Positions 1 to 9,402 of a stretch of 23,379 bases of DNA are shown here, piece after piece. Within the stretch, counting starts at the first letter, position 1; each line of letters opens with the position of its first letter. The position numbers and the translations under genes are program-made. Under the pieces are notes generated by a model. It was given only the letters and a program-made list of their open reading frames with translations, was not told the origin of the DNA and searched no databases. This DNA comes from an uncultured bacterium. Its GTDB lineage: Bacteria; SAR324; NAC60-12. The stretch covers positions 1 through 23,379 of the forward strand of contig CBFIGY010000041.1 in the NCBI GenBank assembly GCA_965662235.1, in the 5' to 3' direction.

Positions 1-64
<64 letters not shown>

Positions 65-115
65 TCACCAGGAAGAACAGAGGAGGGCGGGTCCAAGTAA
101 GTCTAGGGTTTGCAG

Positions 116-144
116 AAGTTATCGTTTCATCTTCCGGGTGTCAA
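116..144 (-). promoter_or_regulatory. sigma70-type promoter pointing left
   Basis: Minus strand TTGACA (144-139), 17-nt spacer, TAACTT (121-116), in an AT-rich intergenic region. Confidence 0.6.
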
Positions 145-159
145 GTATAATAAATTACA

Positions 160-179
160 TTGACCAAATACTTGGTCAA
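160..179. promoter_or_regulatory. Perfect palindromic operator-like site TTGACCAA-N4-TTGGTCAA
   Basis: 8-bp perfect inverted repeat in AT-rich DNA, 15 bp upstream of the leftward -35 box. Confidence 0.55.
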
Positions 180-302
180 GAAAAGATAATCATTTCATCA
201 TCAGTTTGTTAGAGAAGGCGCAGCCAAGGCGTTTTGTCCTGAGTGCCAGGAAAAAAGATTAGACGGACGCACAAACGCGGAAGAGGCGAGCGGAGGGAGA
301 GT

Positions 303-336
303 AAAAGGGGGGCTCCACCAGACGTGGCTGGTGGAG
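303..336 (-). terminator. Stem-loop downstream of folD, possible terminator
   Basis: Perfect 9-bp stem CTCCACCAG/CTGGTGGAG (313-336), 14 nt after the folD stop, followed on the minus strand by CCCCCCTTTT. Confidence 0.5.
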
Positions 337-350
337 GAAAGGTCTGGGAG

Positions 351-1283
351 TCAGGCCTCAGGGGGAAGGACGGCGCGGGAGCCAAAGATGGATTGGTAAT
401 GCGCCCGCTGCTTTTCCACGGCAACGAGGGCGTTGCGCATGAGGATGGACACGGTCACAGGGCCGACGCCTCCGGGAACCGGAGTGACCCAGCCGGCAAC
501 CTCTCGGACGGCGTCAAAGTCAACGTCTCCCACGGTTCGGTGCTTTCCCTCCGCATCCACCACCTGGTTGATGCCAATGTCAATGACCGCAGCACCGGGC
601 TTCACCATGTCTGCGGTCAGCAGTCGGGGTTTGCCAACAGCGACAAAAACGGCATCTGCCGCTCGGGAGTGCACGGCCAGGTTCCGTGTCATGTGGTGGC
701 AAACGGTCACGGTGGCGCCTTCGGCAAGGAGGAGGAAGGCGATGGGTTTGCCAACGATTTCAGAGTGTCCAATGACAACAACGTTCAGGCCTTCCAGCTG
801 CAGGTTGGTCTGGCGCAGCAGTTCCACCGAAGCCGTTGCGGTGCAAGGGGCCAGTTCCACATCGCGGTAAACGATGTTGCCAATGGAAGCCGGGTGCATG
901 CCCTCGACGTCCTTGAGGGGGTGAATGGCGGACTGCAGCTCCCGGATGTTGAGGTGCTCCGGAACCGGGCGCTGGAGGATGATCCCGGTCACCCGCGGGT
1001 CTCCGTTGAGGCTCCGGAGGGCGCCAATCAGTTCCGCCCGTGAAACAGACTCAGGAAAGTTCCGTTGCTCAAAGGCAATTCCCACCTTCTCAGCGGTCCG
1101 CTTCTGGTTCCGGACGTACAGCGCCGCGTCAGCGACGTCTCCCACGGTGAGCGACACCAGCTTCACCGGCCACCCGTGCTCAGAGAACCAGGCGACCTGC
1201 TGCCGGACCTCTTCCAAAATGCCCTCTGCGGTGGGCTTGCCATAAAGGATATTGTATTCAGACGGTTCGGGTGCGTGGGCCAT
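351..1283 (-). CDS. folD: Methylenetetrahydrofolate dehydrogenase/cyclohydrolase family protein (divergent FolD)
   Basis: Motifs GIILQRP, KDVEG, PCTA, GHSEIVGKP, VIDIGIN, GDVDF, TPVPGGVGPVT. Confidence 0.95.
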   Translation of the reverse strand: MAHAPEPSEYNILYGKPTAEGILEEVRQQVAWFSEHGWPVKLVSLTVGDVADAALYVRNQKRTAEKVGIAFEQRNFPESVSRAELIGALRSLNGDPRVTGIILQRPVPEHLNIRELQSAIHPLKDVEGMHPASIGNIVYRDVELAPCTATASVELLRQTNLQLEGLNVVVIGHSEIVGKPIAFLLLAEGATVTVCHHMTRNLAVHSRAADAVFVAVGKPRLLTADMVKPGAAVIDIGINQVVDAEGKHRTVGDVDFDAVREVAGWVTPVPGGVGPVTVSILMRNALVAVEKQRAHYQSIFGSRAVLPPEA

Positions 1284-1481
1284 GAATCAGTTGGGCTGAA
1301 GGGGTGAGGGCGCAGGAAAAAGCCTTCAGTCTGGACAAATGGTGGCAAAGCTCAAGACAAGCCCATCGCGGTGCCGGGGAAGCTTGCCGTTTTCCGGAAA
1401 ACCGCTAGCGTAGCAGCGTTCACGTTCCTCATGCCTCCTACCGCCCAGGATGCGCATTCATTGGCTCATTCAGGAAACCTC

Positions 1482-2846
1482 ATGGACCAGCACCGTACCT
1501 CCGACTGGCAGGCGCTTGACGCCCAGCACTTCATGCATCCGTTCACTGACACCCGTGAACTCGGACAAAAAGGAACCCGAGTGATCACCCGGGCGGAAGG
1601 GGTGTACCTTTGGGATTCGGACGGAAATCAGGTCATTGACGGAATGGCCGGCCTCTGGTGCGTCAACGTCGGTTACGGACGCGAGGAGCTGGCGCGGGCC
1701 GCGTATGAGCAGATGCAGGCTCTGCCGTATTACAACAGCTTCTTCCAGTGCACGCATCCTCCGGCCATTGAGCTTTCGGCCAAACTGACCGAGCTGAGTC
1801 CGGAATCCTTCAACCACGTCTTCTACGTCAATTCAGGCTCTGAGGCCAACGACACCGTCCTCCGGATGGTCCGGCACTACTGGAAGCTTCTGGGGCAACC
1901 GCAGAAGCGGGTGGTGATCAGTCGCCTCAACGGTTACCACGGCAGCACCGTTGCCGGCGCAAGCCTCGGTGGTCAGAAGTTCATCCACGAGGTGGACGAT
2001 TTGCCAATTCCCGACATTGTCCACATTGAGCAGCCCTACTGGTATGAAAACGGAGGGTCGCTTTCTCCGGAAGCGTACGGCCTGCACGCGGCCCGGGAGC
2101 TGGAGAAGAAGATTCTGGAGCTGGGGGTGGACCGGGTGGCCGCGTTCATTGGAGAGCCGATTCAAGGAGCCGGAGGCGTGATTGTGCCACCTGAAACCTA
2201 CTGGCCGGAGGTGCAGCGCATCTGTGACCAGTATGGCATCCTCCTCATTGCCGATGAGGTCATCTGCGGGTTCGGGCGCACCGGACACTGGTTTGGCTCG
2301 GAGTACTACGGCATCCGTCCTGACCTGATGCCCATTGCCAAGGGCCTGTCTTCTGGGTACCTGCCCATCGGAGGCGTGCTGGTGGGCGACCGCGTGGCCG
2401 AGGTGATCATTCAGCAGGGCAAGGAGTTTGCCCACGGCTTTACCTACTCCGGACACCCCGCCTCCTGCATGGTGGCCCTCCGGAATCTGGAAATCCTCGA
2501 GCGCGAAGGTCTGGTGGAGAAGGTCCGGGACGAAACAGGCCCCTACCTCAAGGAACTCTGGGGACAGTTTGCCGACCACCCGCTGGTGGGAGAGGTCCGG
2601 AACGTTGGGCTACTCGGGGCGCTGGAACTGGTGGACGACAAAACCGAGCGCCGCTTCTTTAAGGATCGCGGAAAAGTCGGCACCCGCTGCCGGGACCTGT
2701 GTGTGCAGAACGGATTGGTGATGCGGGCGGTCCAGGACACCATGATCCTGTCTCCGCCGCTGGTGGTGGAAAAGACCCACCTGGAGGAGATTTATGAGAA
2801 GGCGCTCAAAACCCTGAACCAACTGGCTGAGGAGCTGGGACGCTGA
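1482..2846 (+). CDS. Class III PLP-dependent omega-aminotransferase (putrescine:pyruvate transaminase SpuC-like)
   Basis: Motifs HFMHPFT, DGMAGLWCVNVGYG, SGSEAND, GYHGST, EPIQGAGG, DEVICGFGRTG, AKGLSSGYLP, HGFTYSGHP. ATG at 1482, after CAGGA, is preferred over the GTG at 1371. Confidence 0.93.
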   Translation: MDQHRTSDWQALDAQHFMHPFTDTRELGQKGTRVITRAEGVYLWDSDGNQVIDGMAGLWCVNVGYGREELARAAYEQMQALPYYNSFFQCTHPPAIELSAKLTELSPESFNHVFYVNSGSEANDTVLRMVRHYWKLLGQPQKRVVISRLNGYHGSTVAGASLGGQKFIHEVDDLPIPDIVHIEQPYWYENGGSLSPEAYGLHAARELEKKILELGVDRVAAFIGEPIQGAGGVIVPPETYWPEVQRICDQYGILLIADEVICGFGRTGHWFGSEYYGIRPDLMPIAKGLSSGYLPIGGVLVGDRVAEVIIQQGKEFAHGFTYSGHPASCMVALRNLEILEREGLVEKVRDETGPYLKELWGQFADHPLVGEVRNVGLLGALELVDDKTERRFFKDRGKVGTRCRDLCVQNGLVMRAVQDTMILSPPLVVEKTHLEEIYEKALKTLNQLAEELGR

Positions 2847-2882
2847 CGCTCCGGAGCCTGAGCCTCACTGAAGAAAAAACGC

Positions 2883-3632
2883 ATGCCGAAACTAGCGATT
2901 GTGACAGGCGCCGGAACCGGAATTGGACGGGCGCTGGCTCAAAAACTTGTATCGAAAGATTTCACGGTGCTGGCCATGGGACGCCGAGAGGAGCTGCTGC
3001 AGTCCCTGCAGGCGGAGCACCCGGAGGCGGTGGAACCGGTAGCGGCTGACGTGGCCACTGAGGAAGGGCATCAGCGCCTGCTGGACGCGCTGCAGGGGCG
3101 TTCGGTGGACCTGCTGGTGCACAATGCGGCGGTGCTGACCCCCAATGGAATGCTGGAGCAGGTTCCGCGGGAGGAGTTCCGCAAGCACCTGGAAATCAAC
3201 CTGGAGGGGCCGCTCTACTTGACGCTGGCGCTGCTTCCCCACTTTTCTCCCAACGCCCGAGTCCTGCAGGTTTCCTCCGGTGCGGCACATCGTGCCATTT
3301 CCGGATGGGGCGCCTACTGCGTGTCCAAGGCCGCGTTTCACCAACTCTACCAGGTGCTCAAGGAAGAGCTGGCTCCGCGAGGGGTGCAGGTTGGCAGCGT
3401 CCGACCCGGGGTGGTGGACACGCCGATGCAGGCCCACATCCGCAGCCTGAGCGCCGAGGCGTTTCCCAATGTGGCGATGTTCCGGGAAATGAAGGAATCG
3501 GGGCAGCTCACGTCTCCAGAAGAGGCCGGGCAGTTCCTCTGCTGGCTCCTGCTGGAGACCGAGCCGGATTTCTTTGTTGAACGGGAGTACGACATCCGTG
3601 AGCCGGAGCTCCGGGAGCTCTGGTTGCGCTAG
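2883..3632 (+). CDS. Short-chain dehydrogenase/reductase (sepiapterin/benzil reductase-like)
   Basis: TGAGTGIG Rossmann motif, HNAA, VSSGAA, catalytic YCVSK, RPGVVDTPMQ. Confidence 0.92.
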   Translation: MPKLAIVTGAGTGIGRALAQKLVSKDFTVLAMGRREELLQSLQAEHPEAVEPVAADVATEEGHQRLLDALQGRSVDLLVHNAAVLTPNGMLEQVPREEFRKHLEINLEGPLYLTLALLPHFSPNARVLQVSSGAAHRAISGWGAYCVSKAAFHQLYQVLKEELAPRGVQVGSVRPGVVDTPMQAHIRSLSAEAFPNVAMFREMKESGQLTSPEEAGQFLCWLLLETEPDFFVEREYDIREPELRELWLR

Positions 3633-3832
3633 GCCAACGAGAGTCCGCCTCCCGGATGGTGGAGCGCCTCCCAGAGGGCCTGGCACCAGCGTTCCCCTTC
3701 CTCCGGATCGGCAAAGCACGGCAGCACCTCATCTTCCAAAAATGCCTGCACGGCCTCGCCACCGGCGGTGAGTTCGAGCTCCTGCACCCGCGCCAAGGTG
3801 GCAGCAAAGTCGGGCGCCCCAGTTGGCTTCAC
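3629..3832 (-). CDS. Small hypothetical protein, about 67 aa, acidic and helical
   Basis: GTG at 3832 overlaps the CDGSH stop (GTGA), and the ORF fills the gap to the convergent SDR stop (4-nt overlap). Confidence 0.55.
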   Translation of the reverse strand: MKPTGAPDFAATLARVQELELTAGGEAVQAFLEDEVLPCFADPEEGERWCQALWEALHHPGGGLSLA

Positions 3833-4014
3833 AGGGTGGTGCAGTTGCGGTGACTGCCGTCGCAGAAGGGCTTCTTGCTTGAGAGCCCGCAGCGGCACAG
3901 TGCCACCGACCCCTCTCGCTTCTCCTCCGTTCCGTCTTCATGCACAATGGTCGCTCCACCTTTGATGAGCAACGGGCCCTTGGAGGCAACCTGGATCTTC
4001 AGTTCCTGTTCCAT
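3829..4014 (-). CDS. CDGSH iron-sulfur domain protein (NEET-like)
   Basis: GPL...LCRCGLSSKKPFCDGSH motif; AGGAG RBS upstream on the minus strand. Confidence 0.93.
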   Translation of the reverse strand: MEQELKIQVASKGPLLIKGGATIVHEDGTEEKREGSVALCRCGLSSKKPFCDGSHRNCTTL

Positions 4015-4153
4015 ACGGATTTCTCCTGTCTAAATGGGTCAACAAGGTTGGATAAATCAGGGGGATTCCCTACTCACTAGGCTATTTGTGATCGGCCAGT
4101 TTGCAAGCCCTTTGGTGGACAAATCTCGTTACAATTTCCTATATGCGAAATAA

Positions 4154-4182
4154 TTGACAACGTATTGGTAAATTGAGACGAT
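4154..4182 (+). promoter_or_regulatory. Putative sigma70 promoter of the sigma factor gene
   Basis: TTGACA (4154-4159), 17 nt, GACGAT (4177-4182) with an extended -10 TG, in AT-rich intergenic DNA. Confidence 0.5.
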
Positions 4183-4207
4183 CTTAGAAAACAATTGTAA
4201 GGTCGTC

Positions 4208-5887
4208 ATGGATACACGAACTGAACTCTCACAAGAAGAAGAAATGTCGTCAGATTGGTCCGAGCTCCCCGGAAAGAAGGGGGCCCCGCCAGAGGAGCTG
4301 GTCGAGAACGACGAGTTGATGATGTCGGACCTAGAGGAGGTTGAGGAAGAGATTCCGGCATCAATCGACGAGGAAGAGTTGACGGACACCCGCCGTTCCA
4401 CGATGGTCTATGACTATCCGAACGACGACCCCGTTCAGGTGTACCTGCGTGAAATGGGCCGGCACAAGCTGCTGACCCGTGAGCAGGAGTATGAGATTGC
4501 CCAGGAAATTGAAGAAGGCAGCCACGATTTGCTGTACGTCTTTGCTCAGTCGGAGCTGGTGCTCGGACACCTGGTGCAGCTGTCTCAACGCATCCGGAGC
4601 GGTAAAGCCCGCGCACTTGGGCTGATTGCCGGAATGGATGACAAGGAGAACCTGATTGAGGATGAAGAGACTGCGGCCGAACTGCTGCTGGGGCACCTGC
4701 AGGCGGTTGAAGGCCGATACGAGTTGCTCAAGGAAGCACACCGGAGCGAAAAGCCTCAGGAGGTGATGGAGCAGATTTATGAGGAAAACTATCAGGTCCT
4801 CAGCAAGATCTCCTTCAGCTCCCGGCAGTTTGACTCGATGTGTCAGCTGCTGATTGAGCACCGGCGCAAGATCTTCCAAACGCAGCAGCGGGTTTCCCGA
4901 CTCTCGCAGCAGGTGGGGATTTCTCTGGAAGAACTGGAAAACCTGCTGGACCGTCACAAGCGGTTCCAGGTCCGGACGCAGCGTAAGATTGAGAAGCGGG
5001 TGGAAGAACTCACCGGCCTCCCCTTCACGCATGCCCGGAGACTGGCTGAACGCATTCAGCTCTACAGTCGCCACATCATCAGCCTGCTGAGCAAAACGGG
5101 TCGGACCTTGGAAGACTTCCAGGACCTTGTCAAACGGATGGAGAGCGCCGAACAGCGGGTGAAGCAGGCGAAGACCCGGCTGATCAACGCTAACCTGCGT
5201 CTGGTGGTCAGCATCGCCAAGAAGCACACCAACCGGGGCCTGCAGTTCCTCGATCTTATTCAGGAAGGCAACCTGGGACTGATGCGGGCGGTGGACAAGT
5301 TTGAGTACCGCCGTGGCTACAAGTTCTCCACTTACGCGACCTGGTGGATTCGCCAGTCCATCACCCGCGCAATCATTGACCAGGCCCGGACCATCCGGAT
5401 CCCGGTTCACATGATTGAGACCATTAACAAGTTGCATCACACCTCCCGGGCGCTGGTCCAGGAGTACGGACGGGAGCCCTCGATTGAGGAGCTGGAAGCC
5501 CACCTGAAGCAGCCTCTGGACAAGATCCGGGACACGCTGCGGGTGGCGCGAGACCCCGTTTCGCTGGACATGCCGATTGGAGACGATGAAGACACCCACT
5601 TGCGGGACTTCATTGCCGACCAAAATGCCATGGATCCGGACGAAAAGGCGTCACGCAAGAGCCTGGAGTCCATGCTCCGGGGCGTGCTGGACACGTTGGG
5701 AGACCGCGAGTCACGGGTGGTGAAGATGCGTTTTGGCATTGATGAACAAAAAGAGTACACGCTCGAAGAGATCGGGCTGCACTTTGATGTGACCCGTGAG
5801 CGAATCCGGCAGATTGAAGCGAAGGCGCTGCGTCGCCTCCGTCATCCCTCCCGCAGCATTCCGCTGGAACCGTTTCATGAGGTCTGA
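4208..5887 (+). CDS. rpoD: RNA polymerase sigma-70 factor, RpoD-like, with no recognisable region 1.1
   Basis: Region 1.2 [11 protein letters not shown], long non-conserved region, region 2 [12 protein letters not shown]...[17 protein letters not shown]...[10 protein letters not shown], region 4 [28 protein letters not shown]. May be a paralog rather than the primary sigma. Confidence 0.9.
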   Translation: MDTRTELSQEEEMSSDWSELPGKKGAPPEELVENDELMMSDLEEVEEEIPASIDEEELTDTRRSTMVYDYPNDDPVQVYLREMGRHKLLTREQEYEIAQEIEEGSHDLLYVFAQSELVLGHLVQLSQRIRSGKARALGLIAGMDDKENLIEDEETAAELLLGHLQAVEGRYELLKEAHRSEKPQEVMEQIYEENYQVLSKISFSSRQFDSMCQLLIEHRRKIFQTQQRVSRLSQQVGISLEELENLLDRHKRFQVRTQRKIEKRVEELTGLPFTHARRLAERIQLYSRHIISLLSKTGRTLEDFQDLVKRMESAEQRVKQAKTRLINANLRLVVSIAKKHTNRGLQFLDLIQEGNLGLMRAVDKFEYRRGYKFSTYATWWIRQSITRAIIDQARTIRIPVHMIETINKLHHTSRALVQEYGREPSIEELEAHLKQPLDKIRDTLRVARDPVSLDMPIGDDEDTHLRDFIADQNAMDPDEKASRKSLESMLRGVLDTLGDRESRVVKMRFGIDEQKEYTLEEIGLHFDVTRERIRQIEAKALRRLRHPSRSIPLEPFHEV

Positions 5888-5911
5888 GTCCTGAGCACGG
5901 AACACGCTCCC

Positions 5912-6892
5912 ATGAACCTCCAAGCAAGCCTTTCACACCTTCAGCAGCAGTTTCAGCAACACATCATTGGGCAGGCGAACCTCCAGGAACGCCTGCTCAT
6001 TGCCCTCCTTGCCGACGGGCACCTCCTAGTCGAGGGCGCTCCGGGGCTGGCGAAGACCCGGGCCATCAAGACCCTGGGGGAGCTGATTGAAGGCGACTTT
6101 CACCGCATCCAGTTCACTCCAGACCTCCTTCCTGCAGATGTCACGGGCACCGAAGTCTTCCGTCCACAAGATGGCAGCTTCGCCTTTCAGCCGGGTCCAA
6201 TCTTCCACAACCTGGTCCTCGCGGACGAGATCAACCGTGCTCCGGCAAAGGTGCAGTCAGCCCTGCTCGAAGCCATGGCAGAACGTCAGGTGACCGTTGG
6301 GGGCAAAACCCGTCCGCTGCCGCCGCTGTTTCTGGTGATGGCAACCCAGAATCCCCTTGAGCAGGAAGGCACCTACCCGCTTCCGGAAGCACAGCTGGAC
6401 CGCTTCCTCATGCACGTCGAGGTGGCGTTTCCTTCTCTGGAGGAGGAACAGATGATCCTCGCGCTCTCACGTCGAGAGGCCCTGGCACAGACCGAGGTGC
6501 AGGTCAGCACCCCGGAACCGCTGGAGACGGTGCTGTCGCAACGGGACCTGTTTGCCGCTCGGCAGGAGACGCTGCAGGTGTACCTGGCCTCGCCGCTGGA
6601 ACGCTACCTCGTCGAGCTGGTGGAAGCAACCCGGCATCCGGACCGTTACGGAGATGACCTAGCAGAGTGGATTGCCCTTGGGGTCAGCCCCCGGGCGACG
6701 ATTGCCCTCGACCGCTGTGCTCGGGTGCGCGCCTGGCTCCGGGGACGGGACTTTGTTTCGCCGGACGACCTCCAGGACCTAGCGCCGGATGTCCTCCGGC
6801 ACCGGCTGCTGCTGAGCTATGAAGCTGAAGCGGCAGGAGTGACCGCTCAGGATGTGGTCCTGCACCTGCTCAAGCGCGTTCCCCTACCCTGA
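5912..6892 (+). CDS. moxR: MoxR family AAA+ ATPase
   Basis: GHLLVEGAPGLAKT (Walker A), RIQFTPDLLPAD, LADEINRAPAKVQSALLEAM, ATQNPLEQEGTYPLPEAQLDRF. Confidence 0.96.
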   Translation: MNLQASLSHLQQQFQQHIIGQANLQERLLIALLADGHLLVEGAPGLAKTRAIKTLGELIEGDFHRIQFTPDLLPADVTGTEVFRPQDGSFAFQPGPIFHNLVLADEINRAPAKVQSALLEAMAERQVTVGGKTRPLPPLFLVMATQNPLEQEGTYPLPEAQLDRFLMHVEVAFPSLEEEQMILALSRREALAQTEVQVSTPEPLETVLSQRDLFAARQETLQVYLASPLERYLVELVEATRHPDRYGDDLAEWIALGVSPRATIALDRCARVRAWLRGRDFVSPDDLQDLAPDVLRHRLLLSYEAEAAGVTAQDVVLHLLKRVPLP

Positions 6893-6895
6893 GCC

Positions 6896-7822
6896 ATGCC
6901 GGTTGCTGCAACGGATCTGCCTTCCGGAATTGCGCTTCAACCGGGAGAACTGCTCGCGCTTTCTGGAACTCCCAAACGCTTTCCTCCCCCTCGGCGACGT
7001 CACCAGGCGCGTCCCGGGCCCTACCTGTCGAAAATCCGTGGCCGCGGGATGGAGTTTGACGAAGCCCGTCCCTATCAGCCGGGCGACGACGTCCGTAGCA
7101 TTGACTGGCGGGTGACCGCCCGCAGCGGAAAACTCCACACCAAGCTCTTTCATGAGGAACTGGAACGTCCGGTGCTGGTGGTGGTGGATGGCAGCAACAG
7201 CATGCGCTTTGGCACCCGGACTCGGCTGAAGTCGGTTCAGGCCTGTCGGTATGCGGCGCTGGTGGCGTGGGGCGCTCTGGCCCGTGGAGACCGCATTGGA
7301 TCAGTCTTGGCCGGACCCGACGGTCTGCTGGAGACGCGGCCGCAGAGCCGGCGCCCGCACCTGCTGACGCTGCTGCAGCGTCTGGGAGATTGGCACAATC
7401 ACTTCCTGCAGGAGCCTGAAGTCCCGTCAACCCTAGAAAATCCCCTCCTTGAGGCGCTCCGGATCACCCGACGCCTCGCCCCAACCGGAAGCCTGATCTA
7501 TGTGGTGAGCGACTGGCGGGCAACGGAAGAGAGCATCCTGCAGACCCTCGGCACCCTGAAGCGGCACCATGAGCTCAGAGCCATCCGCATCTATGATGGG
7601 CTGGAAGAGCAGCTTCCTCATTCCGGAACCTACCCGGTTTGGTCCACGGGTTCCCGCTCGGAAGTGGTGTGGCTGGACTGCCGTCAGGCAACGCTGCGGG
7701 AGGAGCACGAGCAACGCGCACAAGCTGAACGGACCGCCCTGGAAGCCTCCATGCGGCACGCTGGCATCCCCCTCCTTTCGGTCCGGACGGACGAAGACCT
7801 GCAACACCTTCCCCTCCACTGA
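6896..7822 (+). CDS. DUF58 domain protein
   Basis: GRGMEFDEARPYQPGDDVRSIDWRVTAR, VDGSNSMRFG; canonical position after MoxR. Confidence 0.93.
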   Translation: MPVAATDLPSGIALQPGELLALSGTPKRFPPPRRRHQARPGPYLSKIRGRGMEFDEARPYQPGDDVRSIDWRVTARSGKLHTKLFHEELERPVLVVVDGSNSMRFGTRTRLKSVQACRYAALVAWGALARGDRIGSVLAGPDGLLETRPQSRRPHLLTLLQRLGDWHNHFLQEPEVPSTLENPLLEALRITRRLAPTGSLIYVVSDWRATEESILQTLGTLKRHHELRAIRIYDGLEEQLPHSGTYPVWSTGSRSEVVWLDCRQATLREEHEQRAQAERTALEASMRHAGIPLLSVRTDEDLQHLPLH

Positions 7823-7825
7823 CGC

Positions 7826-8383
7826 ATGCCTCCGGATCCGCTTGCTCAACTTCGAGACGTTCACCTGCCTCCTCCTGTTGCCTTTTGGCCTCCGGCTCCC
7901 GGCTGGTGGATTCTGGGGGGGCTGGGAGTGCTACTGCTCGCTGCTCTGGCACTGGGGCTGTGGCGCTGGTGGCAACGAGGGGCGCCCCGACGCGCGGCAC
8001 TGCGCGAGTTGAAGCACTTGGAAACGCAGTCTCTGAGTGACACCGAACGGCTGCAGCAGGTGTCTCAGTTGCTCCGGAGGCTGGTGCGTTTGCAGCAGGA
8101 AGCCGGCGCAGCGGCTCTTTCCGGAGAAGCGTGGCTCCAGTACCTCGATCAGCAAAGCCGCGGCAACCTCTTCACACAAGGGCCCGGACGGCTCTTGGCT
8201 GAGGGACCGTTTCAAGCACGTGTGCAGGAACCTGTGGAACCGGCTGTGGATGCCGCCCGGGCCTGGATTCAGGCGTGGAAGCCCAAGCCCCGTGGACCTG
8301 AAGAAGCGGGCGGACCGAATGCCGCCGGCGTTTTGGCCGCTTCGCCGCGGGTGCTGCCTCCGGCCCAGACGGAGGGCGCATGA
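7826..8383 (+). CDS. DUF4381 family membrane protein
   Basis: DPLAQLRDVHLPPPVAFWPPAPGWW, one TM segment, LSGEAWLQYLD; operon context. Confidence 0.88.
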   Translation: MPPDPLAQLRDVHLPPPVAFWPPAPGWWILGGLGVLLLAALALGLWRWWQRGAPRRAALRELKHLETQSLSDTERLQQVSQLLRRLVRLQQEAGAAALSGEAWLQYLDQQSRGNLFTQGPGRLLAEGPFQARVQEPVEPAVDAARAWIQAWKPKPRGPEEAGGPNAAGVLAASPRVLPPAQTEGA

Positions 8384-9402
8384 GCCTGAGCGATTCCTTT
8401 AGCCTAGCGTGGCCGTGGATGGCGCTGCTGTGGCCGCTTCCGTGGCTCGTGAGGCGTTTCTGGCCCGCAACCGCTGAACCGATTCAGGCGATCACGGTTC
8501 CGTTTGGGGTCACCGCGTCCGGGGGAAGTCCAAGCGGGCGCTGGCAGATTCTACGGGCCGGTGGAGCCTGGCTGTGCTGGACCCTGTTGGTGCTGGCCGC
8601 GACCCATCCGCTGTGGGCTGGTGATCCGGTAGAAGTGCCGCGGTCGGGCCGAAACCTCATGTTGGCCGTCGACCTTTCTGGAAGCATGAAGGAGGAGGAC
8701 CTGCAGCTGAACGGCAACCCCGCCACCCGTTTGGAAGTGGTGAAATCGGTCCTCAATCCCTTCATTGAACGCCGCAAGGGAGACCGGTTGGGGCTGATCC
8801 TCTTTGGGGATGAAGCCTACCTGCAGACGCCCCTGACCTTTGACCGCGTGACGGTTTCTCAGATGCTCCGGGAGTCGGTCATTGGGCTGGCTGGCGAAAG
8901 CACGGCCATTGGCTCGGCGATTGGTCTTGCGGTGCGGCACCTAAGGGACCTTCCGGAAGCACAGCGGGTGCTGATTCTGTTGACCGATGGACAGAACACC
9001 GCGGGTGAGCTTTCACCAGAAGATGCCCTCAAGCTTGCTGTGGAAACCGGGGTGCGCATTCACGCCATTGGGGTGGGCGCGGATGAGATGCTCATCCGGA
9101 CGCTCTTTGGCACACGGCGCGTCAATCCATCTGCTGAGCTGGATGAAACGCTGCTCCGGTCGTTTGCGAATCAAACCGGGGGGCAGTACTTCCGGGCGCG
9201 AGACACTCAGGACCTGGAGGCGATTTATCAGGAGCTGGACCGCATTGAACCGGTGGAGCAGAGTCAGGAAACGTATCGACCGATCACGCCCCTGTTTCCG
9301 TGGCCGCTAGGGTTGGGGGTACTGCTGAGCCTGCTCTTGGCGCTGGGACCTCCGGTGCAGCAGCTGTGGAGCCGTTTGGGGGCCTTGAAGGAGGGCGCAT
9401 GA
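8380..9402 (+). CDS. VWA domain membrane protein (BatA-like)
   Basis: MIDAS DLSGSM, GDRLGLILFG, TAIGSAIG, LLTDGQN; N- and C-terminal TM segments; ATGA overlap with the upstream gene. Confidence 0.93.
   Translation: MSLSDSFSLAWPWMALLWPLPWLVRRFWPATAEPIQAITVPFGVTASGGSPSGRWQILRAGGAWLCWTLLVLAATHPLWAGDPVEVPRSGRNLMLAVDLSGSMKEEDLQLNGNPATRLEVVKSVLNPFIERRKGDRLGLILFGDEAYLQTPLTFDRVTVSQMLRESVIGLAGESTAIGSAIGLAVRHLRDLPEAQRVLILLTDGQNTAGELSPEDALKLAVETGVRIHAIGVGADEMLIRTLFGTRRVNPSAELDETLLRSFANQTGGQYFRARDTQDLEAIYQELDRIEPVEQSQETYRPITPLFPWPLGLGVLLSLLLALGPPVQQLWSRLGALKEGA

Noticed and set aside
243..1043. 266-aa + strand ORF opposite folD, and other long antisense ORFs (4361-5623, 9264-10931, 12366-13295, 14155-14973)
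   Set aside because: Shadow ORFs expected in GC-rich coding DNA; they have no motifs and overlap well-supported genes.
1371..1481. N-terminal extension of the aminotransferase from GTG 1371
   Set aside because: Family similarity begins near ATG 1482, which has an RBS-like element; the extension covers the divergent promoter region.
1284..1481. Possible folate or ZTP riboswitch upstream of folD
   Set aside because: No recognisable aptamer motifs or expression-platform terminator by eye; a covariance-model search would be needed.
4129..4200. TTACAATT...AATTGTAA inverted pair flanking the sigma promoter
   Set aside because: Only 8 bp, 56 bp apart, in AT-rich DNA; plausible by chance.
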